From positions 22,300-86,299 of the forward strand of contig CAJUAO010000011.1 of the NCBI GenBank assembly GCA_910584685.1: a stretch of 64,000 nucleotides of DNA, in the 5' to 3' direction. Source of the DNA: an uncultured Lachnospiraceae bacterium (GTDB lineage: Bacteria > Bacillota > Clostridia > Lachnospirales > Lachnospiraceae). Made by a program: the position numbers and the translations under genes. The notes beneath the pieces were generated by a model. It saw nothing but the letters and a program-made list of their open reading frames with translations, made no database searches and was not told the origin of the DNA. Positions within the stretch are counted from its first letter, which is position 1; the number at the start of each line of letters is the position of its first letter. Below, one piece after another: positions 11,201 through 19,302 of the stretch.

Positions 11201-13541
11201 CTTCATAATCCATGTTTAATAATAAATCCTGTAAATCAGATATTTTATTTTCTGCTGATGCAATCATGCCGCCATAAATTGCAACGGGATTAGTTAAATT
11301 TATTCCAATGCCGTTAGACCAATATCCTTTGTCATCATATTGCTGCTTGGCTTGTTTGTATTGTGACTTTGCTGTTTCAATATCATCATTTGCCTCAGAA
11401 ATTTTCCTTTGGATATCAAGCTTGGCATTTAAGTAATTTCCATAATTGGTTAGGTCTATATCATATGTTTTCTTTAAATTGTCTACCCAGCCTTTATTAT
11501 TCTCAATAAAACTATTCCACCATGTTTCACCATATATAGTTTCTTTATTAATATTATATTTTTCATAATTAAGCAGGTCATCTTTATATAGAGCACGTAA
11601 TGCTTTAACCATTTCTTCGGCATTACTTATTCCCATTGCTTCCATATTTTCTATAACAGTTTGTACTTCACTATTTGTCATAGAGTACAACCCTTTTAGG
11701 GTATCAGAAGAGCGAATATATTCAGTTACAATTTCATTAAATGCTGATTGAATTTCTTCGGTGGTTTTAGTTGGATTTCCTATGACAGACTCAAATAAAT
11801 CGTAACCATCTAAATCTGAAAGAATACTATCCCTTATGTTAAATAAAGTAGAAGATAGAACATATCCTTTATCCTGAAATTCTGTATAGGCTTCATTAAG
11901 GTTATTTATAGCAGAAGCAGCACTGGACAGAGATTCAACACCGTCAAGTAAATTCATAATATTAAGATAACAGGCTTCGGCAGATAATTTTGTATCTTTA
12001 AGCAGCTTAGAATATTCTGCCGTAGATGAAATTATTTCAGGGCTTAATTTTCCTGTTCTTGCTAATTCAAGAAGTTCCTTTTTTGCTTCTGCAAAGTCGG
12101 CTGCATTGAAGGCATCGTTGAAAGAAGTAATCAATTTTTCACTTTTTATTATTTTGTCTTCAAGTTTAAAAATCATATTATTAAAATATGCATCAAGTAT
12201 ATCAGATATTATAGGATAGCTATCTTTTAGTTTATTAAATACAGAAACCAAATTATTATAAACTATATCTTCATCATTATCTATATCATTTGTTAATTTA
12301 TCTAAATATTCACTCCATAAATCATTTATAACATCTGTATCAGAAAAAATCTCCTGTAATGATTTTGTGATTTCTTTACTGTCTGTAATACCACTCATAA
12401 ATAATCTGTCGATTATGCTGTTTATTTCCGTTGGGGTTAAGAAGCTGTTTAAATCATTAACAGTATCAGAAAACGCAGAATGTACATGGTCAAGTATATC
12501 CTCAAAACCGTTTTTGAGTTCCTCTTCAGAAGGAATCGATAGTTTAGATCCTTGAACACCATAACCACCATAATTATTAACCTTTTCCAATGCCTCTCTA
12601 TATATTTTTGCATACTCGTTTATAGTGCCTGAGAATTCACCCTTTTCTATAGCTTGGCCTATTAACTCATCTGCATATTCGCCAACTGTTTTAGAATAAT
12701 CAGTAGACCATTTTCCTTTTTTATACCATTTTTCTTTTTCATATTTATTATTCCATGTATAAAATTCTCTTATATTGTCAAAAGTCATATCAGAGCCAAA
12801 GCCACTGTTTTCAACTTCTGTATTAAGAGCAGTATTAAATTCCGCAGTGCTGCGTTTTTTTTCTGCTTCTTCAGCAGCTTTTTTCTGAAGTTCTATCTCA
12901 CGTTCTATTTGAAGATTTAAAATTTCATATGCATTTGACTGTTTAAGTATTTTGCTTGTTCCTGAGCCAAGTGTATCATTAAGCTCATCAGCCAATGAGT
13001 TCATTTTGGCTTGGCTGTATCTGGCGTCCTCAAGCTTTTCCTTCAGGTTTTCTAACGCCGTGATTTTAGATTCTGCTGTTGAAATGGTTTCTTCAGATTT
13101 GTCAATTATTTCCTGCTGTTTTTCCAGGTAACGTTCATTAGCAGAGGTAAGATATTGGATACCTTCAATTAGTTTAGATATAGCGATTGATATAGTTGTC
13201 ATTGCAAGCATGTTTCCGGCCGTAGAAAGACCTTTTAGTGCAATTTGACCTGCTTTTGATATCTTTGGAATTTGTTCTAAATTGACTGTTGCATCTCCTG
13301 CAGATTTTGCAATATTAGCAGCAGCAACAGATGCGTTTTGTAATGTTCTGTAATATGCCGTAGCGGGAGATGCTCCACGTTTTATTTCTGAATTATAAGC
13401 TTTCAGCGCATATATGTCACTGTTATTTAATACGCTTTTTTTCTTAAAAAAATCATTGTTCAAACTAAAAAAATTTTTTAATCCACTATTAATTGATAAT
13501 TTTGTATTTCCAAACTCATTAGTTATTGTTTTAAATATCAT
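8226..13541 (-). CDS. Tape measure protein, C-terminal part (putative exon 2)
   Basis: 1771-aa ORF, long coiled-coil-rich protein. Hydrophobic segments near its N-terminus continue the pattern of the upstream TP901-type core ORF. An in-frame TAA lies 6 nt upstream of the annotated ATG. No convincing RBS of its own. Confidence 0.8.
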   Translation of the reverse strand: MIFKTITNEFGNTKLSINSGLKNFFSLNNDFFKKKSVLNNSDIYALKAYNSEIKRGASPATAYYRTLQNASVAAANIAKSAGDATVNLEQIPKISKAGQIALKGLSTAGNMLAMTTISIAISKLIEGIQYLTSANERYLEKQQEIIDKSEETISTAESKITALENLKEKLEDARYSQAKMNSLADELNDTLGSGTSKILKQSNAYEILNLQIEREIELQKKAAEEAEKKRSTAEFNTALNTEVENSGFGSDMTFDNIREFYTWNNKYEKEKWYKKGKWSTDYSKTVGEYADELIGQAIEKGEFSGTINEYAKIYREALEKVNNYGGYGVQGSKLSIPSEEELKNGFEDILDHVHSAFSDTVNDLNSFLTPTEINSIIDRLFMSGITDSKEITKSLQEIFSDTDVINDLWSEYLDKLTNDIDNDEDIVYNNLVSVFNKLKDSYPIISDILDAYFNNMIFKLEDKIIKSEKLITSFNDAFNAADFAEAKKELLELARTGKLSPEIISSTAEYSKLLKDTKLSAEACYLNIMNLLDGVESLSSAASAINNLNEAYTEFQDKGYVLSSTLFNIRDSILSDLDGYDLFESVIGNPTKTTEEIQSAFNEIVTEYIRSSDTLKGLYSMTNSEVQTVIENMEAMGISNAEEMVKALRALYKDDLLNYEKYNINKETIYGETWWNSFIENNKGWVDNLKKTYDIDLTNYGNYLNAKLDIQRKISEANDDIETAKSQYKQAKQQYDDKGYWSNGIGINLTNPVAIYGGMIASAENKISDLQDLLLNMDYEAIIGSKINFASYTGTPKSPSSLSPDKDTSQTYDWIETKIKRLNEALDTIKAKANNTYSSWTKRNTELANAISKTKDAIELQSQAYTRYMQKADSVGLPEPYKTLVQKGAIDIGIILDETPEDKIIKDKISDYQTWYEKAQECLKTQQDLNSELNQLNTQKFDNIKSEYDAVINRMQSAYDLLENQITLLSSSGNYDTLRSKQADIVNKLQAQRNALQNNLNSSDIQQHTEQWYNLISQLDTLDSQILDAETALKNIDKLQFDNLKEAFDFDTSILEHALQTIQNKVDLLELKGQFANESYYNGMIEYTQKHLDTLKNERTQLQSILNNTLHKQGTAEWNDMYSTLMDIDKEIDSMTNNLVDFNNTIRDLNWEIFEYLEESLNRITEETDYYVELLSKKHLFDENGQITNYGTASMALHAAAYDVYKQQAQDYYEEVQDLQKQLINGAGDEVLAQYNEMVKAHQDAVLAAEDEKQSILDLIEDGYNAQLDALQRLIDKKKEQLNAEKNLYDYQKSIAEKTDNISSLEKQKLAYEGDTSEEAMSKIQQIRVQLEEAKADLKESEYEQYLSDTETMLDQLAEDYENWMNERLDHSDELIAQIISQISSQGDTINTTLKETSEYYGTFISDSLSTIFSSDSPFTQSLTGELKGGLSNVSNSLNSGLGGVSTSIAGTTTAINNLVSHVANLVNADESKTNAGSNIAANSNGNHNTGSSTNPYNPIINPAVNTPNTNTGNGNKNTINNPVSNSNPINPSSISSSSNTSKTGKSLLDSILISKKDYYPKNSLNIDTSVVDRLKYYDKDSSFSARAMYWSKIFGGAYTGSPSQNTKLLNYLKSNGYKSGTSNAARGYHWTQEDGEEIIYRTADGAVLTPLSSGDMVFDNESSRRLWELSQNPETYMKKYNIDPASITATIPKPTFNFSVPDFGSMANSQSSQVNVGDINVNLELPNVTDYSGFRNQLIKDNTFEKAVFTSINHALTGKGTPLDKLRHTR

Positions 13542-13554
13542 ACTATGTTATAAT
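13526..13554 (+). promoter_or_regulatory. Putative sigmaA promoter for the antisense zinc-ribbon gene
   Basis: -35 TTGTTT (13526-13531), 17-nt spacer, TG-extended -10 TGtTATAAT (13546-13554). It overlaps the start of TMP exon 2 on the opposite strand. Confidence 0.45.
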
Positions 13555-13618
13555 ATATAAATAAATACATATAAAGATATAATGTGGAGTTATATCTTTT
13601 TTATTTAAGGAGGATTTT

Positions 13619-13942
13619 ATGCAAATATATCAATGTCCTAATTGTGGAAGAACTTTTTCAGAGTTTGCAAATATATATTATTGTCCTGTTTGTAATTATA
13701 GACTTGTCAAACAGGAAGATATTAAAGAAATAAAACATCCTGAGCTGTCAGACCGTGATGAACATATTATTGGGGAATTGCCTGACCCAACGAAACCAAA
13801 TGTAGCTTGTCCCTATTGCACATCGTCAAATATTAAAAAAATTAGTAGCAGTAGTCGTTGGCTATCTATAGGCATGTTAGGCATATTCAGTAATAAGATA
13901 GGAAAAAATTTTCACTGTAATAATTGTGGAGCAAATTTTTAA
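13619..13942 (+). CDS. Double zinc-ribbon small protein (107 aa), antisense inside the TMP intervening sequence
   Basis: AAGGAGG RBS 7 nt before the ATG. Two CxxC...CxxC pairs (CPNC..CPVC and CPYC..CNNC) with a short hydrophobic stretch in the second ribbon. Confidence 0.7.
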   Translation: MQIYQCPNCGRTFSEFANIYYCPVCNYRLVKQEDIKEIKHPELSDRDEHIIGELPDPTKPNVACPYCTSSNIKKISSSSRWLSIGMLGIFSNKIGKNFHCNNCGANF

Positions 13943-14149
13943 ACACATTACAGAAATTTGCTTAATACTTTTTTAGTAAGAAGATTTTAAAAATATGTAT
14001 AGTTTATATGTTCAAATATGGGATACAAATAAAGTTTTAAGAAAACTTACCAGAGAAGTATTAAGCAATTTCGTTGTAATAACTGTAATTTGAATTTTTA
14101 AGTATAATAATTTGAGTTGAATAATCTTATATTTTATTTTTCTCCGTTT

Positions 14150-14650
14150 CTTCCACTATACGGCTAGGAGAATTCCTTGCATTATTTCATTTTTTGCTAT
14201 AAATAAATATAGCTGCTATAAAAAATAAAAGAGCAGCAGAACTCCTGATAGTTTTTACTCAGTCACGAGACAGTCTATCAACTGCGTTTCGAATCCCTCT
14301 TACAAGCCATTAATGACTCAAAATCGTTTAGACTCTGTGAACACTTCCATATCTGAATAATCAGACTTAGGGTATCCGTTGCTGATTGGAGGTTTAGTTC
14401 ATTTGAACCTTCACTTAGGCTTTCGCCATATGACTAATCACATTCGTATTTATATACGCTTTTGACTTTTCTTGCCATTACTGGCATCCTTTCGGAGTGC
14501 ATTCATACTTTACCGTTTCCGGTTATGTATTGTAGTGTGTGATTACTATATATTCTCTATAATTTTGCTTTCCAGCACTGGTATATAGCAAATACCAATT
14601 ACGATTTATTTTATAGAACATTGTAAGTTGACTAAGCTTACACATTCCTG
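14150..14650 (-). ncRNA. Group I intron ribozyme core
   Basis: Minus-strand RNA 14372-14319 reads CCCUAAGUC-UGAUUAUUCA-GAUAUGGAAGUGUUCACAGAGUCUAAACGAUUUUG. This is very close to the textbook Tetrahymena core CCUAAGUC-hairpin-GAUAUGGAUGCAGUUCACAGACUAAAUG. P3 pairing is CAAAAGCGU (14464-14456) with ACGAUUUUG (14327-14319). There are three GAAA-tetraloop hairpins. Confidence 0.85.
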
Positions 14651-14651
14651 C

Positions 14652-14711
14652 CTTTGAAATGTATGTTTATATAATTGTATACTTTGAAATGTATGTTTAT
14701 ATAATTGTATA
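14652..14711. repeat. Perfect 30-bp tandem duplication
   Basis: CTTTGAAATGTATGTTTATATAATTGTATA occurs at 14652-14681 and again at 14682-14711, just 3' (on the minus strand) of the stop of the TMP N-terminal ORF. Confidence 0.95.
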
Positions 14712-14717
14712 GCTTTC

Positions 14718-16049
14718 TTAGGCATGAAGGGCATATTCAAAACAATTTTTTGAAATCCGTACACTCATACGGCGTTTACCAATGTTCTTTATTCCTGAAA
14801 ACAATCCTGCGCCAAGTCCAATAGTACCTGCCGAACCAATAGAGCCGGTTACTTTATCAATAACTCCAACCACCCCGTTTAAGCTATTTATTATTTTTAT
14901 AAATGCATCAGAGTCTGCAATATTTCCAATGGTTTTTGTAAAGGTGTTGCTTAAGCGCTGAAGGCTTCCTTCCCACGAATTTGCTGTTTTTTCCACGTCA
15001 GCAGCCATTGAGCCGGCGCCGGAGTTATAATCCCTAAGCATTTCCTCATATAAAGAGTAATTTTCAAGAATAGCGTTAAGAGCGTCGGCTCTGTCCCCGC
15101 CGCCGACAGAATTAAGAAGATTAGCCCGTCTTGAGTCGCTTTCCTCAAGCCTTGTATACTTCTCTGATAATTCTTCTAAAATTTCCATCGGCTCCTTAAG
15201 AGAAACAACGCCATTCTTTACGGTTGACAAAGAAACGCCTAACTCATTACAGGCTTCTTCATATTTCGTCAGGGAGCTTTCATCAATAAAGTCGCCCCCG
15301 TCATTTGCGTCTCCTGTTATCTGCCGCAGATTCATTAAAATACCGTTAAAGGAATTTCCAATTTCTGCTCCGCCTTTTTTTGTAACGGAAAGTAATGTTC
15401 CAACAGCAGCAGTAGTTTCATCTATATCCATCTGAGAATCGGAAGCCCTTGAGCTTACAACAGACATAGCCTCAGCAAGCTCTGTCATATCAATGGAATG
15501 TCTGTTTGTAATATTGTTTGCGCCATCTAAAGCGGCGGTTAATGACTGTATGGAGCCGTTCATTTTATAGGCATTGTCAGCGGCCCTAATATATTCGTTT
15601 GCCAAATCAGAAGTAATACCTCCGGCAGACTGAATAGCTGTCGATAATTCGGCAATTTGTTCAGCGTTTTTATATCCTGCATCAGCTGCTGATTTAAATT
15701 CAGACAGGTAATCTAATGCCGTTTTGCCATATTTGCCGGCAATGGTAAAGGCATTATTTTTTACGTTTTCTAATTGTGATTTAGACAGGGAGCTGTTAGA
15801 TTTGCTTATTTCTGTTAATAAGGTATTAACATCCTTTAATTGTGATACGGCTTCCTTTGTCTTTTCAACAACGCCTGATACGGCATTACTTAAGGAAAAA
15901 AAATCTGTAATAATTTTACCGGCCTCTTTGAACTGGTCTTTTATAGCGTTGCCAAGCTTATCCAGGTAGTGCTGCTGTGAATCAATTTCCTTTAAATTAT
16001 TTTGCGTTGATTTGGATTGAGCGTCAGTTTGTTCATTATTATTTGCCAA
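14718..16049 (-). CDS. Tape measure protein, N-terminal part (putative exon 1; last ~15-20 codons probably intron-derived read-through)
   Basis: 443 aa with TTG start and AAAGGA RBS. The TIAGKYGKTALDYLSEFKSAADAGY... region resembles the TP901-family TMP core. It ends in a G/A/L-rich hydrophobic segment and then unrelated residues. Confidence 0.8.
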   Translation of the reverse strand: MANNNEQTDAQSKSTQNNLKEIDSQQHYLDKLGNAIKDQFKEAGKIITDFFSLSNAVSGVVEKTKEAVSQLKDVNTLLTEISKSNSSLSKSQLENVKNNAFTIAGKYGKTALDYLSEFKSAADAGYKNAEQIAELSTAIQSAGGITSDLANEYIRAADNAYKMNGSIQSLTAALDGANNITNRHSIDMTELAEAMSVVSSRASDSQMDIDETTAAVGTLLSVTKKGGAEIGNSFNGILMNLRQITGDANDGGDFIDESSLTKYEEACNELGVSLSTVKNGVVSLKEPMEILEELSEKYTRLEESDSRRANLLNSVGGGDRADALNAILENYSLYEEMLRDYNSGAGSMAADVEKTANSWEGSLQRLSNTFTKTIGNIADSDAFIKIINSLNGVVGVIDKVTGSIGSAGTIGLGAGLFSGIKNIGKRRMSVRISKNCFEYALHA

Positions 16050-16071
16050 TTTTCATCATCCTTTCACATTT

Positions 16072-16422
16072 TTAATCCTTCACATCCATAGGTTCATTCA
16101 TAGTCTCGCTTATAGAATAAATTAAAATTCTCTGAATATCCTCCGGCTGCAGCTTTGCAATATATGTAAGAACTTCAATAATACGGCTATTGTCAGCCTG
16201 CAATGCGCCTGATACCTCGTTTAAAACCATTTCAATCAGCCTTTCACCGTCAATATCTTTTGCAGCGTTTGTTAATTTAACAATAAACCGGACAATATCA
16301 GCCCCTTTACCAGATACCTCCCTTACGGCAGGGAGCATAACAGCGCCAAGTTTAGCAGCCTCTCTTTTAGCAAGCCTTCTGTTTCTTCTGTACTCTAAGT
16401 ATTTTTTAATTTTATTTATCAT
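16072..16422 (-). CDS. Putative tail assembly chaperone (second ORF before TMP)
   Basis: Assigned by position immediately upstream of TMP. ATG at 16422 is preceded by AAGAGGA. The longer ORF-track start (16446) overlaps the upstream gene. Confidence 0.45.
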   Translation of the reverse strand: MINKIKKYLEYRRNRRLAKREAAKLGAVMLPAVREVSGKGADIVRFIVKLTNAAKDIDGERLIEMVLNEVSGALQADNSRIIEVLTYIAKLQPEDIQRILIYSISETMNEPMDVKD

Positions 16423-16435
16423 ATAATCCTCTTTT

Positions 16436-16813
16436 CTATTCACCAATTAAATCATAAATAGCAACAAGCGCGTCGGCAGGAATATCCTTATCAATAACGT
16501 CCTCCGCCTTAATGGTATCAACCTTAACAAAGGTTGACAATAGCTCTTCAATTTCCGTCTGATATTTCTTAAAGGTTTCAGGCTCCTCCTCAGGGTTAAT
16601 GCTTACCTGCCCGTTGTCATCCTCTTTGCCATATTCCTTTATCTTTTCATTTTTTACAAATTCAAAATTAGCAACAACCGGCTCCAACGCCTTCATAATG
16701 CCAAGAAGCTTAAATTTTGATATACAGTTAATATTTAAATCCTTATTGTCAATAATTCTCTTTAGGATTTCGTTTACATTTATAGCCTTGTATAATTCAA
16801 TCTTTTTTTTCAC
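16436..16813 (-). CDS. Putative tail assembly chaperone (first ORF before TMP)
   Basis: GTG at 16813 is preceded by AAGGTGGA. Acidic C-terminus. The position is typical of gpG-like chaperones. Confidence 0.45.
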   Translation of the reverse strand: MKKKIELYKAINVNEILKRIIDNKDLNINCISKFKLLGIMKALEPVVANFEFVKNEKIKEYGKEDDNGQVSINPEEEPETFKKYQTEIEELLSTFVKVDTIKAEDVIDKDIPADALVAIYDLIGE

Positions 16814-16832
16814 GTTTGTAATCCACCTTTCC

Positions 16833-17396
16833 TTAAACCTTTTCCCAAGTATACATTTCCTTTTGCACAACGCTGTGGACAAAGGAATTGCTTCCCTCAG
16901 CCTCCTCGTATTCCTCAATCAAATCCTCCAAGGCTTCCAGCTCCATATCGTTAATTTTGCCAAGAGAGTGGTAGTATCTGTAGGAGCGGCTGATTTTATC
17001 CTTTAGCTCTGCGCGGATACGTTTATTATTTTTTCGCTCGCTTTCCTCAAAGCGTTTATTAGTATTCTGCTGCAAATCATCCATTTTTTCCATAAGAGAG
17101 GATATGGATTCTGAAAGCCTTTTCTGAGTGTCCGTCAATTCCTTTTGAATAGCAAAGGACTGCTCCCTGTCGTGAAGTCTGTTGTCCATAATCTGTTTTA
17201 TTGCCGACTGGTTTTCATGGATGGTATTAAGGAGCTCCTCTCTTTTTTTTCGCCTGTTATATACGGTGTTAATGAAATCACTGACAGCCTTGCGATTTTT
17301 AAATATAATTAGTAATACCAAGCATATAATAATTATTGAAGCAATTATTATGCTTGGATTTATTTCTCCAATAAAGCTTTTAAATAAGTCCTCCAT
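16833..17396 (-). CDS. Membrane-anchored coiled-coil protein next to the holin
   Basis: One N-terminal TM helix (IIIASIIIICLVLLII), then a charged coiled-coil. The start is taken at the ATG after AAGGAAGGTGG. Confidence 0.55.
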   Translation of the reverse strand: MEDLFKSFIGEINPSIIIASIIIICLVLLIIFKNRKAVSDFINTVYNRRKKREELLNTIHENQSAIKQIMDNRLHDREQSFAIQKELTDTQKRLSESISSLMEKMDDLQQNTNKRFEESERKNNKRIRAELKDKISRSYRYYHSLGKINDMELEALEDLIEEYEEAEGSNSFVHSVVQKEMYTWEKV

Positions 17397-17416
17397 TGCA
17401 TATAAACCCACCTTCC

Positions 17417-17725
17417 TTATGTTTTGTTCATCTGCTTTAGGGCAGCCTCAAGCAGCACGCGAATTTGCTCATCTGTAATAAATTCTTTTTTAGAGTTAAA
17501 CATTTTGTCAATGAAGGTTATGACGTATTCGCGTTTTTCTTCACCAGATTTAGGAGCGTTAAAAAGCATTTCCGCAGCTTCCGCTGCCTTGGTAATCCAT
17601 TTAGAAGCCTCGTCAAGCTTTGCAGAAGATATTTTTGTTTTTATGTATGGAATAATATAGCCTGTGATAATTGCGCCAATCAAAGGAATAAGTGTTAAAA
17701 TTATTTTATATAAGTTGTCATTCAT
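17417..17725 (-). CDS. Holin (LL-H-type pattern)
   Basis: 102 aa with an N-terminal TM helix and a charged tail. It lies directly downstream of the amidase and resembles LL-H family holins as I recall them. Confidence 0.65.
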   Translation of the reverse strand: MNDNLYKIILTLIPLIGAIITGYIIPYIKTKISSAKLDEASKWITKAAEAAEMLFNAPKSGEEKREYVITFIDKMFNSKKEFITDEQIRVLLEAALKQMNKT

Positions 17726-17752
17726 AATAATTCTTCATGCCTCCTGACCTGT

Positions 17753-18967
17753 TTATTCAATAATAATTTGAAACCTGCCGATTGATACGCCTTGTGTGCC
17801 CGCATATCCGTCGCAGCCGTTAGTCTTTTCATTGTCATACTGCCAGCTATAATAGTCCCTGCCTATAGGAGCAACCCTGTATTTTGCTTTTTTGTATGCG
17901 TAGCCGCCGGGAGTAATATAATAAACCTCAGCCATGTCAATATCCTTCTTACAGTCGCCGGCGTATCCGTTGTTAAAATCATTTATATTGTATCCTGTTA
18001 CATAAGGATACCAGCCGCCGCCTTTAACATGCACCCTGTATTTTACAGAGCCCTTATCAGTTCTGACACTAATGGCCCTGATAGGATTTTTGCCATCTCC
18101 GGCGTAGTCCTCAAGATTTTTAACCTCTGAATACCATCTGTCTCCTGCGTACACTCTGTAATAAACATTTACGTCAAGATTTTTTGGGGAAGAGGAAGGC
18201 TTTGAAGAAGCCGCTGTATTATTTGGTAAGGAGTCGGAAACAGCAGCATTTGCTGAGGATGTTGTTGATGATACATGTGAGGGATTTGTATAAATAACAT
18301 TTCCATTACTGTCAAAAACAGAATATCCGTTTATGCAAGCAGCCTTTGCATAAGCAAGAGAATAGAAGGCGCCAAGCTGGCCTGCCGCATCTTCCCACGT
18401 CTTTCTTACCCTGTAGAGCTCACCGGTAGCTGCAGAGCCTGAGGTTTTTGATAAGCTGTTTTTAAAATTATTCCATTTTGAGCTGTCGTTTCCATACCAG
18501 CCCTTCCAGCCGGGACAATGCTTTCCGCTCACATCAAAGTGTCTGTATACGTTAGAGGCAGGAATATTATATTTATCCATAATTTCCTTTCCCAAAGCAA
18601 TGGCATTTCCTATTGTAGCCTCTGAAATTTCACCGTTTACAGAGCACATTTCTACAGATATGCTGTTTGTGTTTGTTATTTTCCCATACATGGCTCCTCC
18701 GCCGGTAGCCTCGCAGTCAGAATATTTTCTGTCGCCTACAGCCCATGCGGTGACTAAATCAGGAACTGACTGATATACTGTATTATCATCAACAAAATAA
18801 TGGGCGGAGGCCTGTATTATGTTATTTTTAAAATAATTAGCATTGTTAGCCGCAGTGTCAGTCTGGTTTCCTGTGTAATGGTAAATAAGATATTTAATCG
18901 AAGAAGAAGCTCTCCTTACCCCGTAATTTTCCGGAGCTGATATTAATGTATATTTTGTAAACGCCAT
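17753..18967 (-). CDS. Endolysin: N-acetylmuramoyl-L-alanine amidase with C-terminal cell-wall-binding (ChW-like) repeats
   Basis: Amidase_2/PGRP-like N-terminus (HYTGN...SAHYFVD...HCPG). S/T-rich linker. Repeated YRV..GG.WY...GYAG units typical of clostridial ChW repeats. Confidence 0.85.
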   Translation of the reverse strand: MAFTKYTLISAPENYGVRRASSSIKYLIYHYTGNQTDTAANNANYFKNNIIQASAHYFVDDNTVYQSVPDLVTAWAVGDRKYSDCEATGGGAMYGKITNTNSISVEMCSVNGEISEATIGNAIALGKEIMDKYNIPASNVYRHFDVSGKHCPGWKGWYGNDSSKWNNFKNSLSKTSGSAATGELYRVRKTWEDAAGQLGAFYSLAYAKAACINGYSVFDSNGNVIYTNPSHVSSTTSSANAAVSDSLPNNTAASSKPSSSPKNLDVNVYYRVYAGDRWYSEVKNLEDYAGDGKNPIRAISVRTDKGSVKYRVHVKGGGWYPYVTGYNINDFNNGYAGDCKKDIDMAEVYYITPGGYAYKKAKYRVAPIGRDYYSWQYDNEKTNGCDGYAGTQGVSIGRFQIIIE

Positions 18968-18983
18968 TTTTTCCTCCTATGTG

Positions 18984-19193
18984 TTAATTTAAGGTTTTCC
19001 AGTAATTCCATGCCTTTTCGGTTTCCGGCTTATAATAGTAGGCAATTAATTTTCCCTCATAGCCCTCGTCAATCCATACAGGCTGACATTTCATAACTGC
19101 ATACATTACAATCTGTTTAATATTGCACAGCTTAATCAGATTATCCTCGCCATAAACCTCTTTGACATCATCAAGGGTTTTACATTTTAACAA
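18984..19193 (-). CDS. Hypothetical small protein (69 aa)
   Basis: TTG start with AAGGTGGAG RBS 8 nt upstream. It is the first gene after two terminators. Confidence 0.5.
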   Translation of the reverse strand: MLKCKTLDDVKEVYGEDNLIKLCNIKQIVMYAVMKCQPVWIDEGYEGKLIAYYYKPETEKAWNYWKTLN

Positions 19194-19230
19194 GCGTATA
19201 TCTCCACCTTTCGAATAAGTGCTAATAGTA

Positions 19231-19275
19231 AAAAAAATGGGATAACAAATTCATAACGAATTGCTATCCCATTTT
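19231..19275 (-). terminator. Rho-independent terminator (second of a tandem pair)
   Basis: GGGATAGCAATTC pairs imperfectly with GAATTTGTTATCCC, followed on the minus strand by an 8-nt U-run. Confidence 0.6.
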
Positions 19276-19302
19276 ATAAATTACAATTCACTATTTTTGT
19301 TA

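Larger units (their letters stand above)
13545..14778 (-). mobile_element. Intervening sequence splitting the tape measure gene (group I intron plus 3' cargo); boundaries approximate
   Basis: 1.2 kb between two same-strand TMP ORFs with no sense-strand ORF. The 5' half has a group I core. The 3' splice site must lie at or below 13547 because of the in-frame stop at 13548-13550. Confidence 0.7.

Noticed and set aside
9088-12555. Plus-strand ORFs inside the tape measure gene (9088-9342, 9374-9697, 10819-11034, 12367-12555)
   Set aside because: They are antisense to a long, well-supported CDS. They have no RBS and a low-complexity composition typical of shadow ORFs.
14281-14300. tRNA-like GGGATTCGAAAC (T-loop-like) sequence
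   Set aside because: It lies within the P8/J8-7 region of the intron core. No acceptor or anticodon arms can be drawn around it.
13545-14778. IStron (group I intron fused to an IS200/IS605 element)
   Set aside because: No TnpA or TnpB ORF is present on either strand. The only ORF is a 107-aa zinc-ribbon protein in antisense. I kept this only as an analogy in the finding.
8226-16049. TMP split interpreted as a sequencing frameshift, a pseudogene, or two natural genes
   Set aside because: The two ORFs are separated by 1.2 kb, not by a frameshift. The gap contains a clear group I core on the coding strand, and the second ORF lacks its own RBS. An intron is the more economical explanation, though splicing is unproven.
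16422-16460. Programmed -1 frameshift (gpG/gpGT-like) between the two chaperone-like ORFs
   Set aside because: The downstream ORF is in the +1 frame relative to the upstream one and has its own AAGAGGA RBS and ATG. I found no slippery heptamer in the overlap.
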